Assembly (NCBI GenBank): GCA_051362555.1
Contig: CM120645.1
Span: 15,934,001-15,998,000 of the forward strand
Length of the DNA stretch: 64,000 nt
Direction of reading: 5' to 3'
From: Lingula anatina
Lineage: Eukaryota; Animalia; Brachiopoda
The notes beneath the pieces were generated by a model. The model worked only from the letters and a program-made list of their open reading frames with translations. It was not told the DNA's origin and made no database searches. The translations under genes and the position numbers were made by a program. Within the stretch, counting starts at the first letter, position 1. Every line of letters begins with the position of its first letter. This document shows, piece by piece, positions 39,262 to 51,725 of this stretch.

Positions 39262-39335
<74 letters not shown>
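39262..39335. repeat. Compound (TC)n(AC)n microsatellite
   Basis: Direct reading. Confidence 0.9.
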
Positions 39336-39337
<2 letters not shown>

Positions 39338-39362
39338 AATATACAGTGTACACCCTTCTTAC

Positions 39363-39545
39363 CCCAGCATAAAGCTCCAGTCCCAGGGAAAGCCCAGTAG
39401 AAAGTGGCCGGACACGGCCCCGGACACGGCCTCGAAGGCGCATGGAATGAAGGCCAGCCGCGCAACGACGTGAGAGAGGCGGCGCAAGGCTTTGGGGTCC
39501 AGACCCAAGGCCGCCTTGATAAGGATGACCACAAGGGCTATGGAT
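39363..39545 (-). CDS. SLC9B2: SLC9B-like unit 1, exon 4
   Basis: SIALVVILIKAALGLDPKALRR...PCAFEA...HFLLGFPWDWSFMLG; 183 nt. Confidence 0.92.
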
Positions 39546-40012
39546 CTGAAAATAAAAAAGAAGAAAAAAAAAACATGCTGAATTTTTCAACCGCCAAAAT
39601 GCCTACAGAATCACACACCTTGGCTTCCCTATCTTTTTATTTATTTATTTATTTATTTATTTATTTTTTGACAGAGCAAGTTAAACAAGTATAATCTGAA
39701 GTGGCAAAGCTGGGCTTTAATTCTTACAGGTAAAAATGTTTCTATGGAAAATAGGAAATATTTTAAGCCACTGGTTCTTTTAAAAAAACTGCGTGTAGGC
39801 CTACTGTAACAGTCGTGCTTCAACGCCTTGGGTTTGTCGTTCTCTTCAGCCTTGAAATGTCTTGTTTTGAACTTGTCAGGTAAAACAAAACCTCGAAGTG
39901 GGGAAAATAATGAGCCGCAAGGCACAATTCACGCCTGTTATTGGGACCACGCCGTTCCGTACCCTGGGTATTAGACAGCTGGCGTCAACTTAACCGCTGT
40001 CTTTGGGTGCAT

Positions 40013-40215
40013 TCTCTCTCTCTCTCTCTCTCTCATACCCAGGGTGCATCAACCTACACACACAATCTCTCTCTCGCTCTCTCTCTCTCTCATACCCAGG
40101 GTGCATCAACCTACACACACAATCTCTCTCTCACTCTCTCATATCCAGGGTGCATCAACCTACACACACAATCTCTCTCTCTCTCTCTCATACCCAGGGT
40201 GCATCAACCTACACA
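40013..40215. repeat. Minisatellite: 4 copies of (TC)n-ATACCCAGGGTGCATCAACCTACACACACAA
   Basis: Direct reading; unit length varies with the TC tract. Confidence 0.9.
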
Positions 40216-40230
40216 TGAACAGTACAATAC

Positions 40231-40318
40231 CTTATGGAAGACGACCATTCTTTCTTAATGTCCTTGGCGACGTCTATGTACGGGACATTCCTGAGGAGAC
40301 AACCGACTATCAGCATGC
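40231..40318 (-). CDS. SLC9B2: SLC9B-like unit 1, exon 3
   Basis: GMLIVGCLLRNVPYIDVAKDIKKEWSSSIR; 88 nt. Confidence 0.9.
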
Positions 40319-40711
40319 CTAAAATATACAATATATGGAGATAGGGAACGATAGCTCGCCTTTTTTCTTGTCAACATTTTCTTTATATTAAATTCTTCAC
40401 GATTTCCCTAAAATAAATTGTCTTTAGACGCGCAGTGCTGTATCTTGCTTGATTTACAATGGTAAGCGAATGCTGGTTCTTAGATTAGTGTCTTATTTTT
40501 ATTGAGAATTGTGGAATTTTAACTGCATTTTACAAGGACGGTCTTCGTTTGAATCAAGGCCAATGCAAGTAAATGTGGTTCACGAAAATTAAAAAAATTC
40601 AAATATTTATTTTATCCAATTCGCCTAAAATACTTTTTTTTCGAAAATGAGCTTGCAAAGCAAAATTACTACTAAAATTAACTTAGATCGATTTTTTCTT
40701 AATATGCCAAC

Positions 40712-41257
40712 CTAGTAAAGGTGGAAGTCGTATTTTGCTAACTAAAAACCCTCCAAGTTTACAGGCTAAGAACAGCACAATAAGGCCGAAGAAATTTCCA
40801 CCAGGGAGCGCTTCATCTCTGGTGATCGCCCACAAGACAGCCCACAGCAGAATCAGCGTTAGTTTTGAGGTGACGACCCGCCCGAGTTTCCCGTGAGGCG
40901 GGCACATCAGAGCGTGGCGCATGCGCTGTGCTCGCGTTGTCACTGGCGGGTGGTACTTCGTCATACATGGTTTACAAAAATTATAGCAACTCGTGCGGCA
41001 CGCATCACATCGCCGCGTGCGTTTTTTGTAGCTGGACTTTTCTTTGCCCTCTTTCAAATGTGCTGTAATGTCTTTAAATTCAACGGAACCATTTTTCTTC
41101 ACGTCCCCAGTGTCTTTGAAGTCTCCTTTTTCATTTTCTTTAATTTCTATCCCATTTTTCAAGTGCCCGTCGTCTCCTTTACTGTTTTCATGGCTGTCAT
41201 CTAAAAGGGGATTGATCGCAGGCGACCCTGGGTCTTCTTGACGATGAGCATCAGTAC
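40712..41257 (-). CDS. SLC9B2: SLC9B-like unit 1, exon 2
   Basis: TDAHRQED...CYNFCKPCM...LMCPPHG...LPGGNFFG...LPPLL; acceptor tttatccttcag, donor gttggc; phase 1-1. Confidence 0.88.
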
Positions 41258-41328
41258 CTGAAGGATAAACAGTTTGTCTTGTCAAATTGAAGCACGTTTT
41301 ATTTTGGATCTATTAGATGGCACAAGAG

Positions 41329-41332
<4 letters not shown>

Positions 41333-41373
<41 letters not shown>
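41333..41373. repeat. (AG)n microsatellite
   Basis: Direct reading. Confidence 0.9.
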
Positions 41374-41375
<2 letters not shown>

Positions 41376-42097
41376 CAAACAAACAGACACAAACGGTTTA
41401 GCGTCTCAATATAATTCAAAGTTTTCTAGAAAATAATTCGTGCTATCATGTCTCTTACTTGCATTAGTCGAATAAGAGGCATGTATATTTCATATATCTC
41501 GTTAATTTGGTAACGGATGAGTCAGTGCCAAATCATTCACATTAGCTAATCACTTTGCAACGATATAGTAAGGTTCCTATCGCCTATCTTATACATATTA
41601 ATTAAAAAACCTAATTAAAAAAATCTAAAAACCGTGTCTCACTTCATCCAAGAAACGTTTAAAAAAAGACTAGCCTGTCAATAATAATGAGCAAGTCTAC
41701 CACAATATAGAACAATGTAATTGTCATTGTGTAATATAGGTATTTTTTTTATCTTATTATCATCATTATTATTATTAGTATTATTATTTATAATTATTAT
41801 TTCCTTCCTTATAGTTTTTTTCCCACATTTATAAGAAATACTTCCACTTGTTACTGTAGATTATGTATATAAGGTAATTATGAAACATATAATTACATTT
41901 GTGTTTGAAAGCCTGATATCACATAAGTGGGATAATAGATCTAGATATATATATTACATGTATGTATAACACAAGTAGTTTAGAGGGCCTGCAAAATGTA
42001 CTGAAACATTTTAATGCTCAATAAATTATTATTAATTAATGCTCTTATTGATAATAGATGACATATCTCAATGTAACTGACGAGAAAAAGACAATTT

Positions 42098-42169
42098 TTC
42101 CGACGCCGGGAATCGAACCCGGGCCACCTGGGTGAGAGCCAGATATCCTAGCCACTAGACCACGTCGGA
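42098..42169 (-). tRNA. tRNA-Glu(CTC)
   Basis: Reverse complement TCCGACGTGGTCTAGTGGCTAGGATATCTGGCTCTCACCCAGGTGGCCCGGGTTCGATTCCCGGCGTCGGAA; lies in predicted intron 1 of the SLC9B gene. Confidence 0.95.
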
Positions 42170-43463
42170 TGCTACAAGAAAACCTTATCACAAAATGAGA
42201 GTGGTTCAGCTGTACCTGTACTATTACTATTGCGCATGATATTATCCCATTTTTCAAGCAGTAAGTATCTTCACACTGATACAAGAAGATAACATCAAGA
42301 AGCCGATAAATCTCGCTGCCCACACGCGCCGGGACGCATAGACTCGCGTCCAAACGTTCCAAGTCTATTTGTGTCGTGTTGTGAATGTCAGGTAATCTAT
42401 CATGGCCTAAAATGTTTTATGTAATTGTTAGGGACTATTTTTGAAGTAATCGTCCTTTTATTATAACAGAAGTAAAATATTTGAATATTTCATACTTATT
42501 TCAGTCGTTTTTGGAAATAATAGTTATTTTCTTCATGATGACTATACCTTTGGTCTTAGGAATGCCGTTGTGTTAGCGAAAGGATTTCGAAAATGGTTGA
42601 GGCAAACCTCAGAAGACAATAACCACAACAGGTTTAATGTTATGTGAGGTATAACATACAGTAAAGGATGCATAAGTGAATGCTGTAGTTGTTGAAAACA
42701 GTCAGAGGAATTATTTTCTTTTTATGATATATAAAACTAGTTACTGTCTAATAGTATGTGTATTTTTTTGGGACTATATAATATTGTTATTCCCGTGAGC
42801 TTATGAATTTTAAGAAAATAAATATATAGGTCTACAATGCTTGATATGTTTGCAGTAACATGAAGGAACATGTCTTTTTTACTATCAACTTTCCTGAGAT
42901 AGTTTTCAATAATCAAGTGGACCCTACACAGACCAAAAAAGGGTCTAATGCAATAAAAGTTACAAAAATGTTTTTTTTTTTTTCAATCAGTAATAAAAGC
43001 AGACAAGCCCTTGTAACTTTCGATGTAAAATATAAATGGGTGCTTTGTTGTATATACCGGTAGGCCTTTGTCTTGCTCGCACCGAGAAGTTGTAACTTAA
43101 ATTATCCTGCTACCGGGCGACAATAACATGTGACGTCACTAACTGGCGTGAGGGAATCCCGTGCAAGGGGAATCCCTTTGCAATTTAATGAATTTCTTGC
43201 ATCAATGCATGAAATTTGCCTGGAATTATGATAATCATAAGCAATGAAGCTGTACACGTGTCAGGATGAAAAAAAAAGAAGAAGCCGAGCATTATGAATC
43301 CTTGTCGTGGACCCACAGTTCCCGATATCGACGGCACTACAATATACGAGTTATTTTTAGTAACACGATTGACCTAGATAATTACAAATGGCTGTGCAGC
43401 GTGGAAGAAAACACCAATATAATTTATCACAATGCCTGAATCCCTAGACTAATATATGATTAC

Positions 43464-43524
43464 CTGGAGGAGCTCCAAGTTCTATGGCTTCGGTAGCCGG
43501 AGTTGAATCCTTGGTAGAAGTCAT
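43464..43524 (-). CDS. SLC9B2: Probable first coding exon of the SLC9B-like gene
   Basis: MTSTKDSTPATEAIELGAPP then G|gtaatc; phase 1 matches exon 2, which has no early ATG of its own. No homology support. Confidence 0.6.
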
Positions 43525-44949
43525 CTGTGTTCTACGACGATTAAAAACGAAGGGAAATGCTGTACGGCAAGGTTAAGTCATACTGTAGGCCTAACTGGCA
43601 AGCATGATTCGTGTAACCGCTGAAGAATTTCCCCGAATCAAGGCACTCAGGTCCATATTCTGTACACGTACATCTCTAACAAGACAACAAAATGTTAAAC
43701 TGCGCCATCGCTTCGTCAGACTGAGAACTGAGCCTGGGAGTTACATGAATTAACCCGCTAATATTATAGAGACTTCACATGCTGCTTTGCAAGATCGAAG
43801 CGGATTCCCGTCCTATATCTCAGCTACCTCAAGGTCATGTAATGACGTTACGCGTGCGCGTTGCTAGGTAACAGCTAATTACCTAATTACTGTATACTCG
43901 CTCCTGTTTAACTGTGTCACGAGCTACTAATTTCGAAAAAATTAGAAGTCCTTCTTGAGCAGAAACCACCTTCAATCCGAATTGTGATAAACTTTGTGCA
44001 TCCTTAGAAAATGTCAGCGTTCGCAATCAAAAGACTTCAACTTTGATTTATCACGAATTCTTGCATGACTTGTAAATTTTATCTTTCTAAGTTTAGTTTT
44101 GTAACCATTATATAAGTCAAGGATATTTTGTTTGACGCCCTATCCATGATCATTAACATAGCCACATCACGATAGAATGGAATATTATTCTTTTTTTCTC
44201 CGTGATTTAGTTTTTCTATTTTAAAAAAGCAAAAACAGAATTGATTGTTGCCGAAAATTTCTTTTGGTAAAGTTGCATCATCTTTTATAATTAATTATTT
44301 ATTTACCCAACTGAAAATTAGGGGAGTGGGTGGCGTTTAAAAAAAACTATCGGAAATTTTGTTCCAGTTCTTTTATATCCTAGGTGTTAATATCTTTTGT
44401 TTTGATAATCTGAGGTGAAACGTGCTTCACTGGGGGAAATAAAAAGCATGTCCCGGATCTCTAGGTACCCTGGTGAAAGTTGGAGTAAAGGGTCCTCTTT
44501 GTTACCTTGGCCAACCGCGTTGTTTGTCAAAAAATCTTATTACGCACATCGTACCATTCTCCAAAACGTGCCCAGTTTTTACAATTGCCGCTGCGTATTG
44601 TTTCCTTTTTATTTTGAATGGGAGGTCTGTCCTAACTCAAACATAACTTTTCATGAAGCAGAAACAGTGGTAAACAATTTTAAAATTTATGATGGGATTT
44701 TTTTGCATATTCAGATTTTGGTGCAAACAGTCCATGTGTAGGGTATGTTAACAAATGAAACGCTCCCCTCCAGTCCCATCTCTCTCTCTTTTTCTCTCTC
44801 AATGGAAATATTGTATATGTTTGAGGATACTCGGGCCTCAGAGGATATTTGGCACAAAATATTAAATGGTACTGTTCTGGTTATTATTATTATTATTAAC
44901 TAGCTACTTTTCATATGAATTCAGTCAATAAGATAGAAAAAAAGACGCA

Positions 44950-45021
44950 TTCCGACGCCGGGAATCGAACCCGGGCCACCTGGGTGAAAGCCAGATATCC
45001 TAGCCACTAGACCACGTCGGA
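44950..45021 (-). tRNA. tRNA-Glu(TTC)
   Basis: Same body as the CTC copies; anticodon loop CT-TTC-AC. Confidence 0.95.
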
Positions 45022-45803
45022 TCAGTTGGTGGCTTAGGGCAACTACGTTATACTCAAATCTTTCTTATTCCTTTCGCCTGAATCCATTAATGCATTCTCC
45101 ACCTGTTTTGGTGGGCGCTAATGAGAAAAGATGTAATACAGTGAATTATACCAGATGTCTTTAATGCTGTTATTATAGCCCGTGATTACAGCTAACTTAA
45201 ACAGCAGATTAGAACAGGTCTCGTTCTAGATTTAAAAAAAGTTTCACAATTCGAAGAAGGATTTGAATGCATTACTCCATGCATAATACAAGAACCGTAA
45301 AAGCGAGCTTATATGAATCTTTCCGTAATTTCTCTTCGCTTTGGCAAAGGAGCTTTGCATTTGGAACAGATCCCAATCAGGATTCCACCACACTGGATCT
45401 ACGTGCGGCAAAAGGGCATTCGGAATATTCTCATACAAGAAAACGCTGCAATTATTTTCCAAACGGAATATCAACAGGACTATTATGAGTTTATTTTCAA
45501 GATGTAGAAAAATCTGGGTATGGATGAATTTAACGCCAACCTAACTTGGACATACAATTATTAAATAATAATAATAATAATAATAATAATAATTTATTCG
45601 AGCATTAAATGTGGCAGTTACATTTGTTAGCCCTCTATACTACAAATATATAAATAAATAAAAGTTATACATCACTATGGATTACTACTAATACAGTGTT
45701 TAAGATTATTAATTACATTAATTACATTAAAAGGATTATAGGAGGGAGGTTTGCGTCCACGGCCAAAGGATTAAAAATTAACTAAAAACAAAGGAAAAAG
45801 GTC

Positions 45804-45875
45804 TTCCGACGCCGGGAATCGAACCCGGGCCACCTGGGTGAGAGCCAGATATCCTAGCCACTAGACCACGTCGGA
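45804..45875 (-). tRNA. tRNA-Glu(CTC)
   Basis: Identical to the 42098-42169 copy. Confidence 0.95.
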
Positions 45876-48800
45876 TCCGATGATCAACTATGCAAATTGC
45901 ATCCCTCCCATCACTCTCTTATCCTTCACCTGAATTGCTAATTGCTTACCCACCTGTTCCGACCGGTGTTTAGGATAAGAGAAAATATGCATGCTTTATT
46001 AGGCCTACAGATGTCTTGAGGCTGTAATAGCTGTCTTTCAGCTGTCTTTAAGGAAGGAAGAGAACCAGCCCCGTTGTAGGTCTCTCATGCTTAGAAGGGA
46101 AAAATCTTCCATATTTCGAAATTAAAAAAAAATATCAATACGCCTTTATAAAGTCTTTAATAACGAAGTCTTCTGAACTTAAGGTTCAGTATAGGCCCCT
46201 ACTTGTTAACTGGGTCGTAGTCTGAACAGCAATGTCTCTGGAGGGGAAAGCAAAGGAGAGAAAATGTACTACATAAAAATATTATCTGTTATATACCACA
46301 ATTTTTCAGTCAGAGAACTGCTTGTGTCACAGAAATATAAAAGATCGAAAAGTAGTGTGTATTTCGTGTAGTTATATTGGTTTCCGGAAGCACTAGTTCA
46401 GTAAGGTGAACGTAGAAGACTGTGCTAGCTATATTGCCAAGGTAAAAGCGATCCAAATTTTTCTTGTTGTTTTATTGGATGCCGGAAGCACTTGGAGGTG
46501 GAAGAAGATACAATTCTTCAAAGGGGAAGGCAGGAGAAGACAAATGGAGCCCAATAACACTGACGCCGGAGGTCGGTGGCGGCCTCCGCCTTAGCCCACT
46601 ATTTATCAATGATAGGTGTGCAAGCCGCTGCCGTGCTATAACACGCAGTAAAGACCGTACGCTGCTTGGTACACATGTTAAAAACTGTTGATGCATAGAT
46701 AAAATCGTCTCGTTTTTATACTAAGTTGAAAAACTGATAAAAAAAGGCATAAATTTTGTGGTACAAAAGCCGTAATGTAGGCATTTTATTTTATCTCCAA
46801 AGAATCAGCTATTTTTCTCTTTTTTTTAAGTTTTAAAATGGATTGGAATGCGATATCGCTGTGTTCGTGATTAAGCTAACAAGGAACATGATATAAATGT
46901 GACTATTGTGACAAGCAGAGAAGCACGAGTTAGGCTGTCATGTGCAAACCAAGGTTTGGAAGACTGGCGATATTCAATCATGTGGTTCTCAAAAATGTTT
47001 TCGTTGGCTAACGTGTCAAACAACCCTCCCCTAGATACGCAGAAGTCAAAGCCAAATCGCAACTACGTTTACGTTAATGTCTAAGCGTTTTGGAATTTCT
47101 TACTATCTTGTGATAGCAAATTCTCTCTGTATTATGGTGTTTCATTAGTGCAGTAACTGCAACACGATGAACAACAGATATGATCATTCTGAAAAAAAAA
47201 ATGCATGAAAATGTGTAGACCAACAAAACATCTTGATGGAACATAGTTGTTGTGCAAAAATCTTCCCAGAACAGAAATTTGCTTTGCCAGCTATAATGGA
47301 TACTCAGAAAAAATATCTGAGGATATAGCAAAATTCTCTCTGCGGCCCTGGTAGAGGGTACTAGTTAACCCTAGTGATATAGATTCTGGTTCCCATTAAT
47401 TTGAATAGATTAGTCCCGTCCTGGATTTTGGCCAACATAGTGAACCGAATGAAAAGCGGACTCTGTAAGATAGACCCTCAGTTTTATTAACAGTATATCC
47501 AGCTGAGAGTATTCAGATATTACTGATTGTGTTAGCGGTGACAATTGTGTCCATTTGTGCTTACTCTGTTTCTATTGCGCTTGTAGGCCACGTCCGAAGC
47601 GGCGGATGTGCAAGAATCAGTGTCTCAAGCATTTATACCTTTCTACTTGGACATAATGCCTTATTATGTCCAAGCTTTCTATCATGTAGAAGAAAAAAAT
47701 TGTTAAAATTTAAAACTTGCTTGTGATTAATAAATTTGGAAAATTATCCTCATACTGAACAAGAGATTGCACGAAGAATATATCTTGTCCAGTTTGTGCC
47801 GACTTTAACTTAACGCAGACAAAAGGCTGATATTTAAAAGTGGATGCGCACTTAATTTTCAATATAATTTAATCGTATTTGACCCGGTTTTTCTCGACGA
47901 TTCATTTTGTGAAAAAATTTAGCCTTCCGCTCTTCACTCCGCCGCTACGTTATTTGTCCGCAGTTAATCCAGTGTATTTTATTACAGATATAAAATGTCG
48001 ATTAAAATTTTAGAATTCTTATTGATACTTAGACACCAAATAGACCATGTATCTATGAGAATTGATCTCGTTTTTTGATACAGTTTTTCTCAAATTTTGA
48101 AGTTTGAATGTTTAAAACAAAGCAGCATTGTAAGTGATGTCACGCTAATTGCGAAGAAGGGGGGCATTATTTTTCCAAATATAAATCATATTCTTTCCCT
48201 TTATCTGTGGCTTCACAAGTGTTGGTTATGTGCTACAGAATAAATTGTTCCAGTAGCAGAGAATCACGCAGTGTTCATATGTTTGAACTTTGAACGACCT
48301 GCAATTTTGATGGGTTTGTAGATCTACGTGTTCCTTTTTTCTTCTACTCTGACGCCTTCTTATTATGACAGAGGTGTTAAGTTTCTTCTCGTCTTTTCTT
48401 CAAGATGAAACGAGATCCACTGGGTTTAATATAAGCTTGCGATGATACATGTAATGAACCCATGCCGAGTACCAACACTTCTTTTAATTTTATAATAAAG
48501 ACAGAGAAGATGTTGATGTCTGGAACAACTTGATACCCTACGTCTGGGTAGTTAAATAACAGTTTATGTGGAAACAATAGCACATTGTTGTATACAGTAC
48601 CGTACGTCAATTAGTCGGTTAAAACAAGTGGCATCTATTTGCGAAGACCGACTTTCGATCACAGTCGGCCTAGCTTGCGAATGGCGATAAGGATCTTTAA
48701 AATGAATAAGGATCCTGATGTGTTTTTCTTTTTCTAATAAAAATCAGCATTATATTCCAGCCTCCTCAGGTGAATTTTCAAAGGTGAGCGGTTGAGAAAA

Positions 48801-49057
48801 TTGCCCTAACCTTGGTGCTAGCTGATATTACCCACCAGACAATCTTTATTGCTGAACGACGGTGCGGGCTCCGTTGTCAGCTTCGTTCACTTTATGCTAT
48901 TTTTTAACATTTTGATTTGTAAACTACTCTAAGTACATGTTACCTACCTCGAGTAAGACTGCTCAGGTTAAAGCATGACGGAAAATGTCAAAACACACAC
49001 ACACACACACAGACACACACACACATTAAGGCCTTGGGTATTATACCCTCAAAATAA

Positions 49058-49071
49058 ATGAAAAAAAAAAG

Positions 49072-49115
<44 letters not shown>

Positions 49116-49128
49116 CTTTTTTTTTCAT
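49058..49128. repeat. (TA)n microsatellite within a near-perfect palindrome
   Basis: ATG-An-GAAA-(TA)n-TTTC-Tn-CAT. Confidence 0.85.
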
Positions 49129-49269
49129 ATATGAAATAATCTTCTATTTACAGTCTCTTTTGTAGACCTCTTTCTTCAGACATCCAACTGTTATACGTAT
49201 AGACATCAGCTTTATTCACTTATTTATTTATTTATTTGCTTTTTGAAATAGGGAACAAAATTGAAGTAT

Positions 49270-49341
49270 TTCCGACGCCGGGAATCGAACCCGGGCCACC
49301 TGGGTGAGAGCCAGATATCCTAGCCACTAGACCACGTCGGA
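49270..49341 (-). tRNA. tRNA-Glu(CTC)
   Basis: Identical body. Confidence 0.95.
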
Positions 49342-49888
49342 TTTCTACTCTTTTTTCGCTTGGACAATGAGCTGATCAAATACTATAAGATACCACCTGG
49401 AATGCTTCTGCCGTGTCTTCCGGTGGGCTTCGGTGTCAGCGTTTGCAAAAAGAGACATTGGCTGTTTGGTTTTTCTTTTCCACTAAAAAATTAGCGTTAT
49501 ATATGAGCTTTCTAAAATGAATTTGGTGAGGTGAGTGTTTTAGAAAATTGTCTTAATAACCTTGGACCAGGTCCTAAATGATGGCACACCAAACAATGTT
49601 TTTTGGCTATGCGGGCTCCTTTGTTAGCATTTTTTTGTTTATTTTTTTCAGCAACTTGATAAGTGTACTTCTATTGCAATTCGTGTTACCTACCTCAGAT
49701 TAGAGGCTCAGGTAAAAATGACAAACATACATACAAACAAAGGCCTTGGGTATTATCCCCACAAAGTAAATAAATAGAATCATGCCTCCTTTTATATCAG
49801 CATTAGTCTGTCTCTTTTACAACTTTCTTTCACTCTCAAAAGAGAACGCCTTGAACAGGTTGATTTGTATTCTTGTTTAAAAGAGAAT

Positions 49889-49960
49889 TTCCGACGCCGG
49901 GAATCGAACCCGGGCCACCTGGGTGAGAGCCAGATATCCTAGCCACTAGACCACGTCGGA
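49889..49960 (-). tRNA. tRNA-Glu(CTC)
   Basis: Identical body. Confidence 0.95.
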
Positions 49961-51543
49961 GAATACATTACCTGTGCATCTGAATTTACCTAATGATTAG
50001 TTACTTGAATTTACATAAAATAACACTTGCAAGTGTCTTCCGGCTGGGTTTGGTATTAGCATTTTGCAAGCAGCATAAACTTTTAAAGCAACTGGCTTGT
50101 GTCACAGTCTCTTCATTTTACAGTTCATTTTGGCTTGCGGAACACACCTTAAAACACAATGCTTTAACAGTGCATAACATAGGCCTACATTGGGCGTGTA
50201 TCATACTTTGTGGTAAAACCAATGGTCCATCCATATCGTACCGAAATGCGGAGCTAACGGAAAACTGCTTTTTTGTTTCATATAGACTCATTGCCCAATA
50301 TTTTAAGATAGCTGCTATTTATTATCAAAAAGTCGCTGTAGCCCACTATTTATTTCAAGAAAATCAGGTTCCTTACCTTTGAAAAACCGCATCTTGGTTC
50401 CAGTCTGTAGCTCACGACCCAAGTCGACGACCGGGACTGATGCTGGCAAGAGATGTTGCGAAAGCTCTCAAAAATTTCGTATCATCCAAGTTGCTCTCAA
50501 TATATGATACATGTTACCGAGCCATTTGAGTAAATGATAAAAACAGCAATACATAGCAGTTACATTATAATCTTTTTTATTTACAGACATTGAACATAAA
50601 CAACAGGGTACAGACTGTAACACAAATGTGATACTTTGCCAGTCCTCTTCATATGATATTTTTACAAAATCGATCCATTTAAAGTGACAACCGAACAAAG
50701 AAGTGTGACAAAAGAGGGCGTCAGACAACTTACGGTGTATGAAATAAAGTTATATACTCCTATGGATCTCAACTAACCTAGGCACGATGTGGCGAGGGGC
50801 GCTATTTATTTTCCAGATTTTTTAAATATTATCAAATATGAGCAAACATACTCATTAACTTGGTAGTTGGATCATATACATGTACGGGAATTATAAAACA
50901 CAAGATGAAATATTTTCATGCATTAGCTTATGGCCAACCTGGACGTAGGCCCGAATTCATCAGACAGCATGAAAAATTTTCAGCTTGTTTTATAATTATC
51001 ATATATGCTATTAAATATGTTTACATGTACTAAGAAAGATTGGGCAGTGGTAGCCACCTGATAGCAATACTATGAATAAACGGTTGTTTATACTTTCCTA
51101 TTGAGATCTATTGTGATGATGCAGACATGATTATTTTGCAAGTCAAGCTCAGGGTCTTGTGAACGGTGTCTGTCATTGATATGCATGATGCGTTTGTCAT
51201 TTTGATTTGCAGCATTGTTATTACATACTCACAATAAATCATTGGTCAACTTTTAGAAACTACGGCATTACAACCCCCCCCCCCCCAAAAAAAATAATAA
51301 TAATAAAATCACTTCACAAAGGGGATTCTTATCTCTCTCTCTCTCTCTCTTGCTATCTGTCTGTTTTGAGGAAGTCAATTCTCAAGGTTCAATCGTTAAT
51401 TTATTGTCTAACAGAATTCTGTATAAAATGCATTCATACATTTCTCCGTTTCTACTTTAGCTAGGCTATAATTGCCAGTTAAAACTGTAAACTTCCATTG
51501 TGTCTTTCTATCTATCCGTCTATCGAGATTTATTGAAGTATAA

Positions 51544-51725
51544 GCATCAGAAAATAAGGTCCTATATGCGTACGTGATTGCCCGTCCCTGAACTTGATGG
51601 AACAAAATCAGGGACCAAGGAGCCGCAAGACATACCAGACTACCTGTACATGTTAATCCGTCTTTTAAATGGATAAGTGAACCGATAGAGCCATCGATGT
51701 CAAAGAACCTTATTTTCTGATGACC
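51544..51725. mobile_element. Small Harbinger-like MITE
   Basis: TIR CATCAGAAAATAAGGT / ACCTTATTTTCTGATG with TAA / TTA flanks. Confidence 0.6.

Larger units (their letters stand above)
21175..43524 (-). other. SLC9B2: SLC9B/NHA locus: predicted single 21-exon gene encoding two tandem CPA2 Na+/H+ antiporter units (~1345 aa); alternatively two adjacent paralogs
   Basis: All 20 introns are GT-AG and phase-compatible; exon lengths sum to 4038 nt. Both units have CPPHG, LPxLLGML, AVSPAVVVPSM, GIPT, FQPxLFGLIGAE, WLPKATVQAAIG and ILVTAPIGA motifs. Confidence 0.7.

Noticed and set aside
46559-46592. Sixth, degenerate tRNA-Glu (CTGACGCCGG...)
   Set aside because: Only about 8 nt match; no cloverleaf.
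46179-47762. Second Kolobok-like element (TTAA GGTTCAGTATAGG ... CCTCATACTGAAC)
   Set aside because: Short imperfect TIR and no right-hand TTAA; plausible old element but not supportable.
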